The notes beneath the pieces are model-generated. The model did no database searches. It saw nothing but the letters and a program-made list of their open reading frames with translations, and was not told the origin of the DNA. Position numbers and translations under genes: made by a program. Positions 38,607 to 48,074 of a stretch of DNA of 48,074 nt are shown piece after piece. Origin of the DNA: a virus (taxonomy: Duplodnaviria > Caudoviricetes); IMG/VR virus record IMGVR_UViG_3300020161_002351, positions 1-48,074 of that record; one strand, written 5' to 3'. The number at the start of each line of letters is the position of its first letter. The first letter of the stretch is position 1.

Positions 38607-40025
38607 ATGTCTAATATTTTAAGGATCAAAAGAAGAGTAGCCAGTGGTGCGCCAGGAGCACCAAGCTCTTTAAAGAACGCAGAGTTAGCATTTAACGAAG
38701 CCGACAATACCCTTTACTATGGTTTTGGAGATGATGGTAACGGTAATGCCAATAATATTCCAGCGATTGGTGGTATTGGTGCATTTGTATCACTCACTAC
38801 TTCTCAAACATTAACTGGAAATAAAACTTTTTCTGGAACTGTTGTTGTTCCAACACCAACATCCAACACACACGCGTCAACAAAACTTTATGTTGACGAA
38901 CAAGTAGCTAGTGTTAGTAACATTGTTGCAAACGTTGCTACGGCTTTTACAGTTTCGGGTGATTCTGGATCAAACCAAACAATTACTTCAGGCACTGATA
39001 CGCTAACAATTTCTGGTGGCACTGGCTTAAGTTCTGTTGCAGGTGCGACTGATACAATTACAATAAACCTTGACAACACTACAGTAACTGGTGGCTCATA
39101 CGGTGGCGCAGGAACTGTTGCAACATTTACCGTTGATGCTCAGGGTCGTTTGACAGCAGCTGGTAATACAGCAATTTCGGTAACCGCTTCACAAATTAGC
39201 GATAAGGGAACCAACCTTGTTACTGGCTTGACAGGTACGGCAAATGAAATAACAGTATCAAATTCTGGAGTTGGAGCTGTAACATTAAGCCTTCCATCTA
39301 ACGTAACAATTCCTAATAATCTTACAGTAACTGGTGATTTAATCGTTCAAGGAAATACGACAACCTTGAACACAGCAACTCTAGTTGTCGAAGATAAAAA
39401 CATTGTTCTTTCTAATGTTGCTACACCATCAGACGTATCTGCTGACGGTGCTGGTATTACAGTTCTTGGTTCAACCAACAAAACTCTTAACTGGGTTGAC
39501 GGAACAGACGCTTGGACATCATCTGAACACTTAGATCTAGCTGCTGGAAAAGTTTTAAAAATAGGAACATTTGAAGTATTATCAAATACAACATTGGCAT
39601 CAAGTGTAGTCAACTCAAGTTTGACTTCAGTAGGTAACGTTAGTGCTGGTACTTGGAGCGCAGGAACAATAGCTATTGCATACGGCGGCACTGGCGCAAC
39701 AACTGCATCAGGAGCTAGAACTAGTTTAGGACTAGCTATAGGAACTGATGTTCAAGCTTACGACGCTGAACTTGCAGCAATAGCTGGCCTTACATCAGCA
39801 GCTGATAAACTTCCATACTTCACAGGAGCAAACACTGCAGATTTGGCTACTTTCACCTCTTTTGGTAGAAGCCTTGTGGATGACGCTGATGCAGCAACTG
39901 CAAGAACAACTATTGGCGTTGGAACTATCGCAACACAAAATTCAAACAACGTTACAATTACAGGTGGATCTATTTCTAACTTGACGACATTTGATGGTAT
40001 CACATTTGATGGTGGAACCTTCTAA
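38607..40025 (+). CDS. fibre-like virion protein
   Basis: N-terminal IKRR...PSSL..AELAFN; TVDAQGRLTAA repeat; VEDKNIVL; C-terminal DGGTF. Confidence 0.75.
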   Translation: MSNILRIKRRVASGAPGAPSSLKNAELAFNEADNTLYYGFGDDGNGNANNIPAIGGIGAFVSLTTSQTLTGNKTFSGTVVVPTPTSNTHASTKLYVDEQVASVSNIVANVATAFTVSGDSGSNQTITSGTDTLTISGGTGLSSVAGATDTITINLDNTTVTGGSYGGAGTVATFTVDAQGRLTAAGNTAISVTASQISDKGTNLVTGLTGTANEITVSNSGVGAVTLSLPSNVTIPNNLTVTGDLIVQGNTTTLNTATLVVEDKNIVLSNVATPSDVSADGAGITVLGSTNKTLNWVDGTDAWTSSEHLDLAAGKVLKIGTFEVLSNTTLASSVVNSSLTSVGNVSAGTWSAGTIAIAYGGTGATTASGARTSLGLAIGTDVQAYDAELAAIAGLTSAADKLPYFTGANTADLATFTSFGRSLVDDADAATARTTIGVGTIATQNSNNVTITGGSISNLTTFDGITFDGGTF

Positions 40026-40045
40026 GTAAAAAGAAAGGTTTTATA

Positions 40046-42787
40046 GTGGCAACACCTAGCATTACCCAAGGGCAAATAGCACTTGATCCTATCAATAGAA
40101 TATTTTATTATCTAGACAGTAACGGAACTTTAGTTAACTCGTCATTAAATTTATTGCAAGAATCAAACACTTCTATCACAACAGAAGAAAACTTAACAGT
40201 AAATAACATAACTGTTCTTGGCAATACCACTGTTATTGATTCTACTGTAACAACAATCAAAGACCCTATTATCACACTCGGTGGAAAAACTGCACCAACA
40301 ATCGACGATAATAAAGATCGTGGTATTGAGTTCCGTTGGTATGATGGTTCACTAGCTACCCCAGCTGCCAAAGTGGGCTTTTTTGGTTTTGATGATTCAT
40401 CTGGAAAATTTACTTTTATACCAGATGCTACAAACACATCAGAAGTATTCTCTGGAACAATTGGAGAACTTGCGGCAAAGATAGATTGGGATAATCTTCT
40501 CAATAAGCCAACATTTGTCAATAGCATAACTGGCACACCAAATGAAATAGATGTAACTGCAACCACTGGCAATATTGTAATAAGCCTACCTGCAACAGGT
40601 GCTATGAATATCAGTGGCACAGCAGCTGGATGGACAACTCCTAGAAAAATAACTTTAGGTGGAGATCTAGACGGAAATGTTATTATTGATGGTGGATCAA
40701 ACGTAACACTAAATGCGTATGTGGTTGCAAACGCAGTTGCTCTTGGCACCGACACAACAGGTGATTATGTTGCATCACTAATTGCTGGAACTGGAATAAC
40801 GCTCACAAATAATTCTGGTGAACAAGCTCAACCAACGATTGCAGTCACTACAAACACCTATGATGCCTATGGTGCTGCAACAACAGCAGAGTTAAATGCT
40901 GCATCCGATGCATCCATAAAAGCTGCAACAGCATACACCAACGCAACAATATATACCAATACTCAATTATCTTCATTTGGTGTTGACAGTTTATCTGATG
41001 TAACAATTAATACTTCACTAGCTAATAGCTACTTAAAGTACAATGGCTCAGCTTGGGCTAATGATCAAATAGATCTTGGTACTGACACAACCGGAAACTA
41101 TGTTCAGTCACTAGTTGCCGGCACTGGAATTTTAATAACTAATAATTCTGGAGAAGGAACAACTCCAACAATCCAGGCTAATATAACTTTAAACCAATTG
41201 CAAAATGCAAACATAACACTACCTGCTAATAATCAAATTTTAGCATATAACGCCAGTTCTAATACTTGGATCAATAAGTCAACTGCTGACTTAACTATAC
41301 CAACTGGAGTACAGTATAGTGAAATCATTGGCAATGGAACAGACATCATATTTACGATTACGCACTTGTTAACTACGACTAATCCTTTCGTAGTTGTGTT
41401 AAAGAAAAACGCAAGTGATAATTTTGAGGTAGTTAATGTTCTATGGGAAGTTCACAGTAGTACACAAATAAAAGTATATTTCGAAACACCTCCCGCAACT
41501 GGAACAGCAAAAGTTATTGTTTTTGGTGACGTAGCAACTGCCTCTATTGCTATCACATCTATAAGTCAACTACCAGATGTCATAACAAGTGGTGCTTCAG
41601 CAGGAGATGTTCTTTATAGGGATGGATCTTACTGGGTTTCTCATGCTCTGTATCTTAACGATTTAGCAGATGTGCAAGGCACAAACTCAGCTGCTAATGG
41701 ACAATTCTTAAAGTATAATGGATCAGCTTGGGTTAGCGCTAATATACCAACAATCAACACACTAGATGACGTTGGTGATGTAACAATTACTTCAGCAGCT
41801 TCTGGTGATATTCTGAAATGGAATGGCACTGCCTGGGTAAATGATTCAGCTCTTCTTGCAGCAAAAGCACCTCTATCTTCACCAACTTTTACAGGAACTG
41901 TTTCTGGCATTACAGCAACAATGGTTGGTCTTGGTAACGTCAACAATACTGCAGATACAGCTAAGCCTATTTCTACTGACCAACAAACCGCTCTTGACCT
42001 TAAGGCAACGATTGCTTCACCAACCTTTACTGGCACAGTAACAATTCCAGCTGGCGCATCAATTTCTGGTTTTGCAACACTTGCTTCACCGGCTTTAACG
42101 GGAATACCAACTGCTCCAACAGCAACACTATCGACAAATACAACACAACTTGCTACCACCGCATTCGTCCGCGCAGAAGTAGCAAACCTTGTTAACAGTG
42201 CCGGAGCAACACTGGATACTCTTGGAGAGATTGCTACCGCACTTGGAAACGATGCTGCTTTATCTACAACACTTACAAATAGTATTGCCCTTAAAGCACC
42301 GCTTGAATCACCAACATTTACCGGTACCGTAACTCTTCCCGCAAACACGGTTACATCTGCAATGATTTTAGATGGAACAATTGCTAATATTGATATTAGT
42401 TCGTCTGCCGCAGTTGATTATTCTAAATTAAATTTATCCAATAGTATTACTACAACGGACTTGGCATCTGGTGCTGCTAGAGGTGGATTTAATTCCACGA
42501 TAAATGCACAAACTGCAGGCTATACTTTACAGGCTACAGATTTAGCTAAATTAGTAACAATTGATTCCGCTTCTACCGTAAACATAATTGTACCTAATAT
42601 TTTATCGGTTGGAGATAGAATAGATGTTTTGAGAAAACATGCTACTGGTGGAGTAACTTTTCTTGGAGATACTGGAGTTAACGTATATGGTACTCCTGGT
42701 CTCAAGTTGCGCGATCAATGGTCAGGTGCTACACTAGTTAAGTTAGCTACCAATACCTGGGTGGTAATGGGCGATCTAAAGGCTTAA
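40046..42787 (+). CDS. fibre-like virion protein
   Basis: LGTDTTGDYV, L.DV.I...LKYNGSAW, ASPTFTGTV and LDTLGEIATALGND repeats. Confidence 0.75.
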   Translation: MATPSITQGQIALDPINRIFYYLDSNGTLVNSSLNLLQESNTSITTEENLTVNNITVLGNTTVIDSTVTTIKDPIITLGGKTAPTIDDNKDRGIEFRWYDGSLATPAAKVGFFGFDDSSGKFTFIPDATNTSEVFSGTIGELAAKIDWDNLLNKPTFVNSITGTPNEIDVTATTGNIVISLPATGAMNISGTAAGWTTPRKITLGGDLDGNVIIDGGSNVTLNAYVVANAVALGTDTTGDYVASLIAGTGITLTNNSGEQAQPTIAVTTNTYDAYGAATTAELNAASDASIKAATAYTNATIYTNTQLSSFGVDSLSDVTINTSLANSYLKYNGSAWANDQIDLGTDTTGNYVQSLVAGTGILITNNSGEGTTPTIQANITLNQLQNANITLPANNQILAYNASSNTWINKSTADLTIPTGVQYSEIIGNGTDIIFTITHLLTTTNPFVVVLKKNASDNFEVVNVLWEVHSSTQIKVYFETPPATGTAKVIVFGDVATASIAITSISQLPDVITSGASAGDVLYRDGSYWVSHALYLNDLADVQGTNSAANGQFLKYNGSAWVSANIPTINTLDDVGDVTITSAASGDILKWNGTAWVNDSALLAAKAPLSSPTFTGTVSGITATMVGLGNVNNTADTAKPISTDQQTALDLKATIASPTFTGTVTIPAGASISGFATLASPALTGIPTAPTATLSTNTTQLATTAFVRAEVANLVNSAGATLDTLGEIATALGNDAALSTTLTNSIALKAPLESPTFTGTVTLPANTVTSAMILDGTIANIDISSSAAVDYSKLNLSNSITTTDLASGAARGGFNSTINAQTAGYTLQATDLAKLVTIDSASTVNIIVPNILSVGDRIDVLRKHATGGVTFLGDTGVNVYGTPGLKLRDQWSGATLVKLATNTWVVMGDLKA

Positions 42788-42789
42788 TT

Positions 42790-43436
42790 ATGGCAATTCC
42801 ATTAGGAAGTTCAGGCCGGTTCAAGAAGAGGGGTCAGACCCACTATAGCAGCACGGAACTAATAAGGATGCGGCTAATACAGCAATCACTAATGCTGGGT
42901 TTGTTGTTGGAACTGTAAGCACAACTCCTGGCGAAGGAGCTGCTGTATTAAACGCTTTAAGTTCAGAAGTAAATGATTCTACAGTTGTTCCACTTGGGAC
43001 AGTAATAAACTATACTATCCACAGTCCTTATTTCCCACCATTCTTTCCACCGTTTTTCCCACCAAACTTCTGTGTTTGTGATGGAGTGGCCAGAAGACAG
43101 TACGGTCAATTCTCTCATCTTGACCCAGCTGGCTATGGCTGGACTTGTGATGGAACAATGAGTTATGAATACTATGTATATGGAACTTGCAATCAAGGTT
43201 TGTGCCCTGGTGAAGGTGGAACCAATGGAGCATTCAGAGATGGCGTTTGTGGCTATGTGGCACCAGCTCCTGCACCAGCTCCTACACCAGCACCAGCACC
43301 TTGGGAAGGTCCTGGTCCAGGTCCAGGTCCAGCTCCAGCTCCTGCACCAGCTCCTGCACCTGCACCTGCACCTGCTTGTGAATTTTGCTGCGCCGGTTGC
43401 TTCAATGACCCTAAGCTTGGTCCAATCTGCTGCTAA
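42790..43436 (+). CDS. PASTA-like / FPPF / Cys- and Pro-Ala-rich protein (about 214 aa), interrupted by two +1 frameshifts at CGG (42817, 42854)
   Basis: MAIPLGSSG-(c)-GSRRGVRPTIAA-(c)-GTNKDAANTAITNAGF...YFPPFFPPFFPP joins track ORF 43086-43436. Confidence 0.65.
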
Positions 43437-43493
43437 TAGTTAAAAATTTTTATTGTGGTACAATATAAGAACATTTAAATTGGAGGCCTAAAG

Positions 43494-44021
43494 ATGAGCG
43501 AAACAAATGAAATTTGGACACCCAGAGAACCAACAGAGCCAGAATATACATTTGAAGGTTGGTTTAATTGGGAAAATAAATTTGGTGAATTTGGTGAACC
43601 TGGCTATCATGACGTAGAAGAGTCTTTAAAAATTCCTTCGGTTTTTGGTGACGACAATCCTCGTAAAGTTTATTTTCAACTTTATAGACAAGATGGAGAC
43701 GGATTGCTTCTATCCATTTACGCTAGATATGAAACCGACACTGGAGTGCGACAACCTATTTTAATGTTGGTTCACCCAGATCATCGTGGCAAAGGAATTG
43801 CAACAAAAGTCATTCTTCGAAGTGAAGAACATTTTATTGATCAACGAGCTGCTTTTTATGGATACACGCCAGAGGAATTTAGGGCACTCCCTAGAGCAGA
43901 ACGCGCTGCTGTAACAATCCCTGGAATCTTAGATGTTCCCGTTAATCAAGCAGGAGCAGGATTTGCGTCTCATATGACTAATATATTTTATACAGTTGAA
44001 AAAGATTTTACAGGAGAATAA
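43494..44021 (+). CDS. GNAT-family acetyltransferase-like protein
   Basis: VHPDHRGKGIA acetyl-CoA motif A; TGGTACAAT at 43456-43464; GGAGG RBS. Confidence 0.65.
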   Translation: MSETNEIWTPREPTEPEYTFEGWFNWENKFGEFGEPGYHDVEESLKIPSVFGDDNPRKVYFQLYRQDGDGLLLSIYARYETDTGVRQPILMLVHPDHRGKGIATKVILRSEEHFIDQRAAFYGYTPEEFRALPRAERAAVTIPGILDVPVNQAGAGFASHMTNIFYTVEKDFTGE

Positions 44022-44025
44022 TTAA

Positions 44026-44253
44026 GTGACACCGTATCAAGAATGGAAAAAAAAATTAGGGACAACTCGTCCTTGGGACATGGTAAATCCAAACGTAGAA
44101 CACGCTACTGAGGAACAATCTGTATCAAGATATTCTATATGCGAAGAATGTCCAAGCCTATTAAAACTTACACACCAGTGTAAAGAATGTGGCTGTTTTA
44201 TGAAGATGAAAGTAAAGCTAAAAGAAGCTGTGTGCCCATTAGGTAAGTGGTAG
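44026..44253 (+). CDS. small Cys-rich protein
   Basis: RYSICEECP..QCKECGCFM..K......CPLGKW. Confidence 0.7.
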   Translation: MTPYQEWKKKLGTTRPWDMVNPNVEHATEEQSVSRYSICEECPSLLKLTHQCKECGCFMKMKVKLKEAVCPLGKW

Positions 44254-44981
44254 TGTTTGATTTTGCAAATACTAGTTCATCTGAATATTTAAACTATTCA
44301 ATGTTTGTTGATATTGAAACTAATAAACCAAGAAATATTAATGACCTTGATAAAAGCAGATTTCCTTATCCATATGTTGAAAATGTAGAACCTTTTAAAG
44401 TTTTTAAACAAGAAAATTTATTAACAGAAGATGAATGCGATTATCTCATCTGGCTTGCAGAAACGCAAGAGGTTTGGCCAGCAATTAGTGCACCATTCTG
44501 GGATGAGAGAAATCTTGGTTTTCTTACGGCCCTTCCAGTGCACAAATACGCATCGTCTGCACTTCAAAAATTATGTTTAGATATTCATAATAGAATTAAA
44601 GACTTTATTTCTAAGTCATTTAACAGTGAAGCTTATGCGGACCAAATAGGTATAAATAAAGCACCTGCAAATAGTTGGCAGATGGCACACATAGATCATG
44701 TATCACACCTTGACAGAATTGCCGGATGCGTAGTATTCTTAAATGATAATTTTGAAGGTGGAGAACCATTTTATCCATACTATGGAGAAATGACAACTCC
44801 CAAAAAAGGCATGATCTACGCTCATGACCCAGGACATTCTCATCTTCATGGAGTAACCCAAACTAGGGGCAACACTCGTTATACGATTTCTTCTACTTGG
44901 ACACGAAATCCACAACAATCTTCATACGTGACACAGATAAGACAAATGGAAAATTACCTAGCTAATATTAAAAGTACTTAA
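44247..44981 (+). CDS. 2OG-Fe(II) oxygenase (prolyl-4-hydroxylase-like)
   Basis: HID, FLNDNFEGGE, LHGV and RYT motifs; start uncertain. Confidence 0.85.
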   Translation: MVVFDFANTSSSEYLNYSMFVDIETNKPRNINDLDKSRFPYPYVENVEPFKVFKQENLLTEDECDYLIWLAETQEVWPAISAPFWDERNLGFLTALPVHKYASSALQKLCLDIHNRIKDFISKSFNSEAYADQIGINKAPANSWQMAHIDHVSHLDRIAGCVVFLNDNFEGGEPFYPYYGEMTTPKKGMIYAHDPGHSHLHGVTQTRGNTRYTISSTWTRNPQQSSYVTQIRQMENYLANIKST

Positions 44982-45023
44982 ATATTTTTATAATTTTAGA
45001 GTATTTAATAACTATGGTATCAT

Positions 45024-45031
45024 TACTATAT
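45024..45031 (+). promoter_or_regulatory. putative late promoter motif TACTATAT
   Basis: upstream of ATG 45067. Confidence 0.55.
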
Positions 45032-45066
45032 ATCAAGAACTAGTTTAAAAACGGAAGAGGCAGCTG

Positions 45067-47941
45067 ATGGCTTATAGTGGATCTAAATTTGCGGTAAATA
45101 ATACACTTTTGTTGAGGAGATCAGACGAAACTGGAGTTTCTCCATCGTCACTAGCTGAAGGTGAATTAGCAATCAACGTTGTTGATGGTAAACTTTTCTA
45201 CAAGAACAAAACAGCAAATGCAGTAATACGGAGTTAATTTAATATCCAATGTTGTTGGCACTGCAAACCAAATCTCGGTAACATCTAACGCTACTTCTGG
45301 AGTTTACACCCTAAGCCTTCCATCCACGATTCAAACTACTCAGGCCAATGTCTCAACTTTATTTGTTGACGGAATTGAGATTAATACAAATGGAGCCACC
45401 ACCAATCAAGTTCTAAAATTTGATGGAACTAAGTTTGCTCCTGGCACAGACACTGGTTTAGCTGGAACAGTTTACACTTCAACCATTGGAAATGGTAGCG
45501 CTACTAGTTTTACAATTACTCATAGCCTTGGAACACGTGATGTCGTAGTTGTTGCCCGCAATGCAGCAAGCCCATATGAAGTTATTGATGTCCGTTGGGA
45601 AGCCACAACAACTGGAACAGTTACTCTAGATTTCTCCTCTGCACCATCTTCTAACTCAGTAAGAGTTGGCGTTTATGCAGCAGTTGCTGGCAGCACCATT
45701 AATACAACATTGGCTGCTCAGACAGATGTTACTTTATCTACACCTGCTAATGGCGACTTCCTTCGTTATAACGGAAGCGTTTGGATTAACGATGCAGTAA
45801 ATCTTTCAACAGACACTATTGGCGACTATGTTTCTAACGTAACTGCAGGTACAGGCATAACAATTACCAGTGCTGGTGGAGAAGGTTCAAATCCAACAAT
45901 AGCAGTAACAACGAATACTTATGACGCTTATGGTGCAGCCTCAAGCGCCCAAAGCGCAGCACAAACTTTTGCTACAAACTTAGTTGCAAACGTTGCTACA
46001 GCATTCGAAGTTGCTGGCGATTCAGGAACAAGCAAGACAATCACTTCTGGTTCAGATACTCTTAGCATTTTAGGCGGCACAGGTCTTACCTCGGTAACCT
46101 CAAATACAGATACTATTACAATCAATCTTGACAATACTGCTGTTACAGCTGCAACTTATGGTAACGCAAATACAGCAGCTACATTTACCGTAGACGCTCA
46201 AGGTCGTTTGACTTCAGCTTCACAAAATGCAATTAGCATTCTTGCTAGCCAAGTTTCAGACTTTAGTGCCAATACAAGAGCACAGATTAGCGTTGCGGGA
46301 GATCTTGCTTATAACTCAAGCACTGGTGTTATTAGTTTTACAAATGACGCTGGAGATATCGAGTCTGTAACAGCTGGAACTGGCCTTACTGGCGGTGGCA
46401 CTTCTGGAGCAGTTACCTTAACCCTTGCTAACACAGCTGTTACAGCTGGATCATACGGCGGTGCAGGCACTGTTGGAACATTTACGGTAGACGCACAAGG
46501 TCGCCTAACTGCAGCAGGAAATACTACAATTTCAGTAACAGCTTCACAGATCAGCGACAGGGGTACAAACCTTGTTACTGGATTGACTGGAACTGCTGGT
46601 GAAATCACAGTATCAAACTCTGGCGTTGGTGCAGTAACACTTAGCCTTCCAGCTAACGTAACTATTTCAAACAACCTTGTTGTCACTGGAGACTTGACAG
46701 TTAGTGGTAACACAACAACCGTCAACACTGAACAGTTGAATGTTGAAGATAATATTATTACATTAAACTCTGGTGTTACGGGTGCCCCAGCATTAAATGC
46801 TGGAGTAGAAATCAATAGAGGAGCATCAACAGATGTATCCATTCTTTGGAATGAAACTACAGATAAGTGGACATTTACAAATGACGGAACTAACTACGTT
46901 AACCTTGGTGATGTAACTGCAGCAGCTCTCATTGCAGCAGCTGGTGGGGATGGAACCAACGGTCAAGCACTCACCACTAATGGTTCTGGAGTATTAGACT
47001 TCACGACAATTGTTGGAACAACAGAAGCTTCAATCATTTCAGCAGTTGGTGCTGACGGAGCTAATGGTGCAGTCTTAATGACCAACGGTGCTGGAGACCT
47101 TTCGTTTACCACTCTAACAGCAGCAAAGATTTCAGACTTCACTGCAAACACAAGAGCTCAAATAAGCGTTTCTGGAGATCTAGCTTACAACTCTTCAACT
47201 GGTGTTATTAGCTTTACAAACGATGCTGGTGATATTGAGTCGGTTACTGCTGGAACGGGCTTGGCTGGTGGTGGCACTTCGGGTGCAGTTACGCTAGATC
47301 TTGCTAACACGGCTGTTACCGCTGGTAGCTATGGTGCAGCAGGAACTGTATCAACATTCACCGTAGACGCTCAGGGACGCCTCACAGCAGCTTCTAACTC
47401 GTCTATCTCGATTACTGCCAGCCAGGTCTCAGACTTCTCTGAGGCAGCTCAGGACGCCGTAGAAGGCGCGATAACGGCAGGCACGGGTGTAACCAAGGCC
47501 TATAACGATGGTGCCAATACAATCAGCCTTTCAATTGGCCAAGATGTTGCAACTAATGCAGCAGTTACCTTTGGTAGCGTAGCAACTGGAGCAATAACCT
47601 TAGATTCTGGAACTGGTGAACTTAATACTTCAACTCAAGTCGTTACTGTAAACACGGTCACAACAGTTGACAGCTTTGATAAGGCTACCTACAGAACAGC
47701 TAAGTACCTTGTCCAAGTAACTCAAGGATCAAAGTATACAACTTCAGAAGTATTACTTGTCCATGATGGTACTGATTCATACTTGTCAGAATATGCAGTA
47801 ATTGAATTGGGCGGAACAGTCATTCCTTTAACAGTATCAACTTCAATCTCGGCAGGAAATGTGTTGCTAAGAGTGACAATTACAGACGCAGCATCAACAA
47901 ATGCTACCGTCAAAGTTGCAAGAACACTTATAGCAGTGTGA
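45067..47941 (+). CDS. fibre-like virion protein (about 957 aa), interrupted by a +1 frameshift at in-frame CGG (45229)
   Basis: N-terminal LLRRS..PSSLAEGELAIN is paralogous to the 38607 N-terminus; after ATA-(c)-GGA the frame is open through to track ORF 45710-47941. Confidence 0.8.
46255..47420 (+). repeat. intragenic duplication of about 90 aa (about 46255-46530 and 47130-47420)
   Basis: SDF.ANTRAQISV.GDLAYNSSTGVISFTNDAGDIESVTAGTGL.GGGTSGAVTL.LANTAVTAGSYG occurs twice. Confidence 0.85.
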
Positions 47942-48009
47942 TATAATAATATAAGTTTTACAATTTAATAATACAATTAAATTTTAAACTAGAGGGACAG
48001 TGAACTTTA

Positions 48010-48074
48010 GTGGCGAATAAAGACTTTGTAGTCAAGAATAGCTTAATCGTTGGCGACACCGCTACGATCAATGG
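48010..48074 (+). CDS. start of a further fibre-like gene (truncated by the window end)
   Basis: GTG start, MANKDFVVKNSLIVGD; TGATATAAT at 47939-47947. Confidence 0.55.
   Translation, partial: MANKDFVVKNSLIVGDTATIN

Noticed and set aside
38276-47913. Minus-strand ORFs in the fibre region (e.g. 40108-40755, 41641-42348, 46309-46842)
   Set aside because: Shadow frames caused by Thr/Ala/Gly-rich codon bias on the coding strand.
33338-47941. Frameshifted genes as decaying pseudogenes
   Set aside because: No in-frame stops or other decay, an identical signature at each site, and a normally essential head gene is affected. Recoding or a systematic error fits better.
1-48074. tRNA genes, integrase, transposase, introns or inteins
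   Set aside because: I recognised no cloverleaf or such motifs by eye; RecA and TerL lengths leave no obvious room for inteins. A tRNAscan-SE or ARAGORN run is still advisable.

Overview
A 48 kb piece of a large tailed-phage (Caudoviricetes) genome. Leaderless-type promoters and a PASTA-like domain suggest an actinobacterial host, but this is inference. (1) 113-9391 is a leftward, probably early block. It holds a SLOG domain fused to a divergent RdRP/YonO-like two-barrel polymerase, an Arr-like ADP-ribosyltransferase fused to PcfJ, a TM-LysM protein and small ORFs. Six covarying H-type pseudoknot repeats separate these genes. (2) About 9.7-18 kb holds small ORFs, recA and a single-ring ClpB-like ATPase. 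(3) About 16-48 kb is a rightward virion block: large basic proteins, TerL, portal, glycosyltransferase, protease/scaffold, major capsid, fibre-like proteins, GNAT and a 2OG-Fe(II) oxygenase. The most striking signal is that four non-early genes are broken by five +1 frameshifts, each at an in-frame CGG. Skipping the C gives a GGN Gly codon and restores the gene. By manual scan I found no other in-frame CGG in genes right of about 9.7 kb, while the early block uses CGG at least 10 times as an ordinary Arg codon. This suggests stage-specific recoding (CGGN read as Gly or a +1 slip), but a systematic sequencing artefact must be excluded. I recognised no tRNA, rRNA or CRISPR array. All calls come from motif reading by eye, with no database searches.
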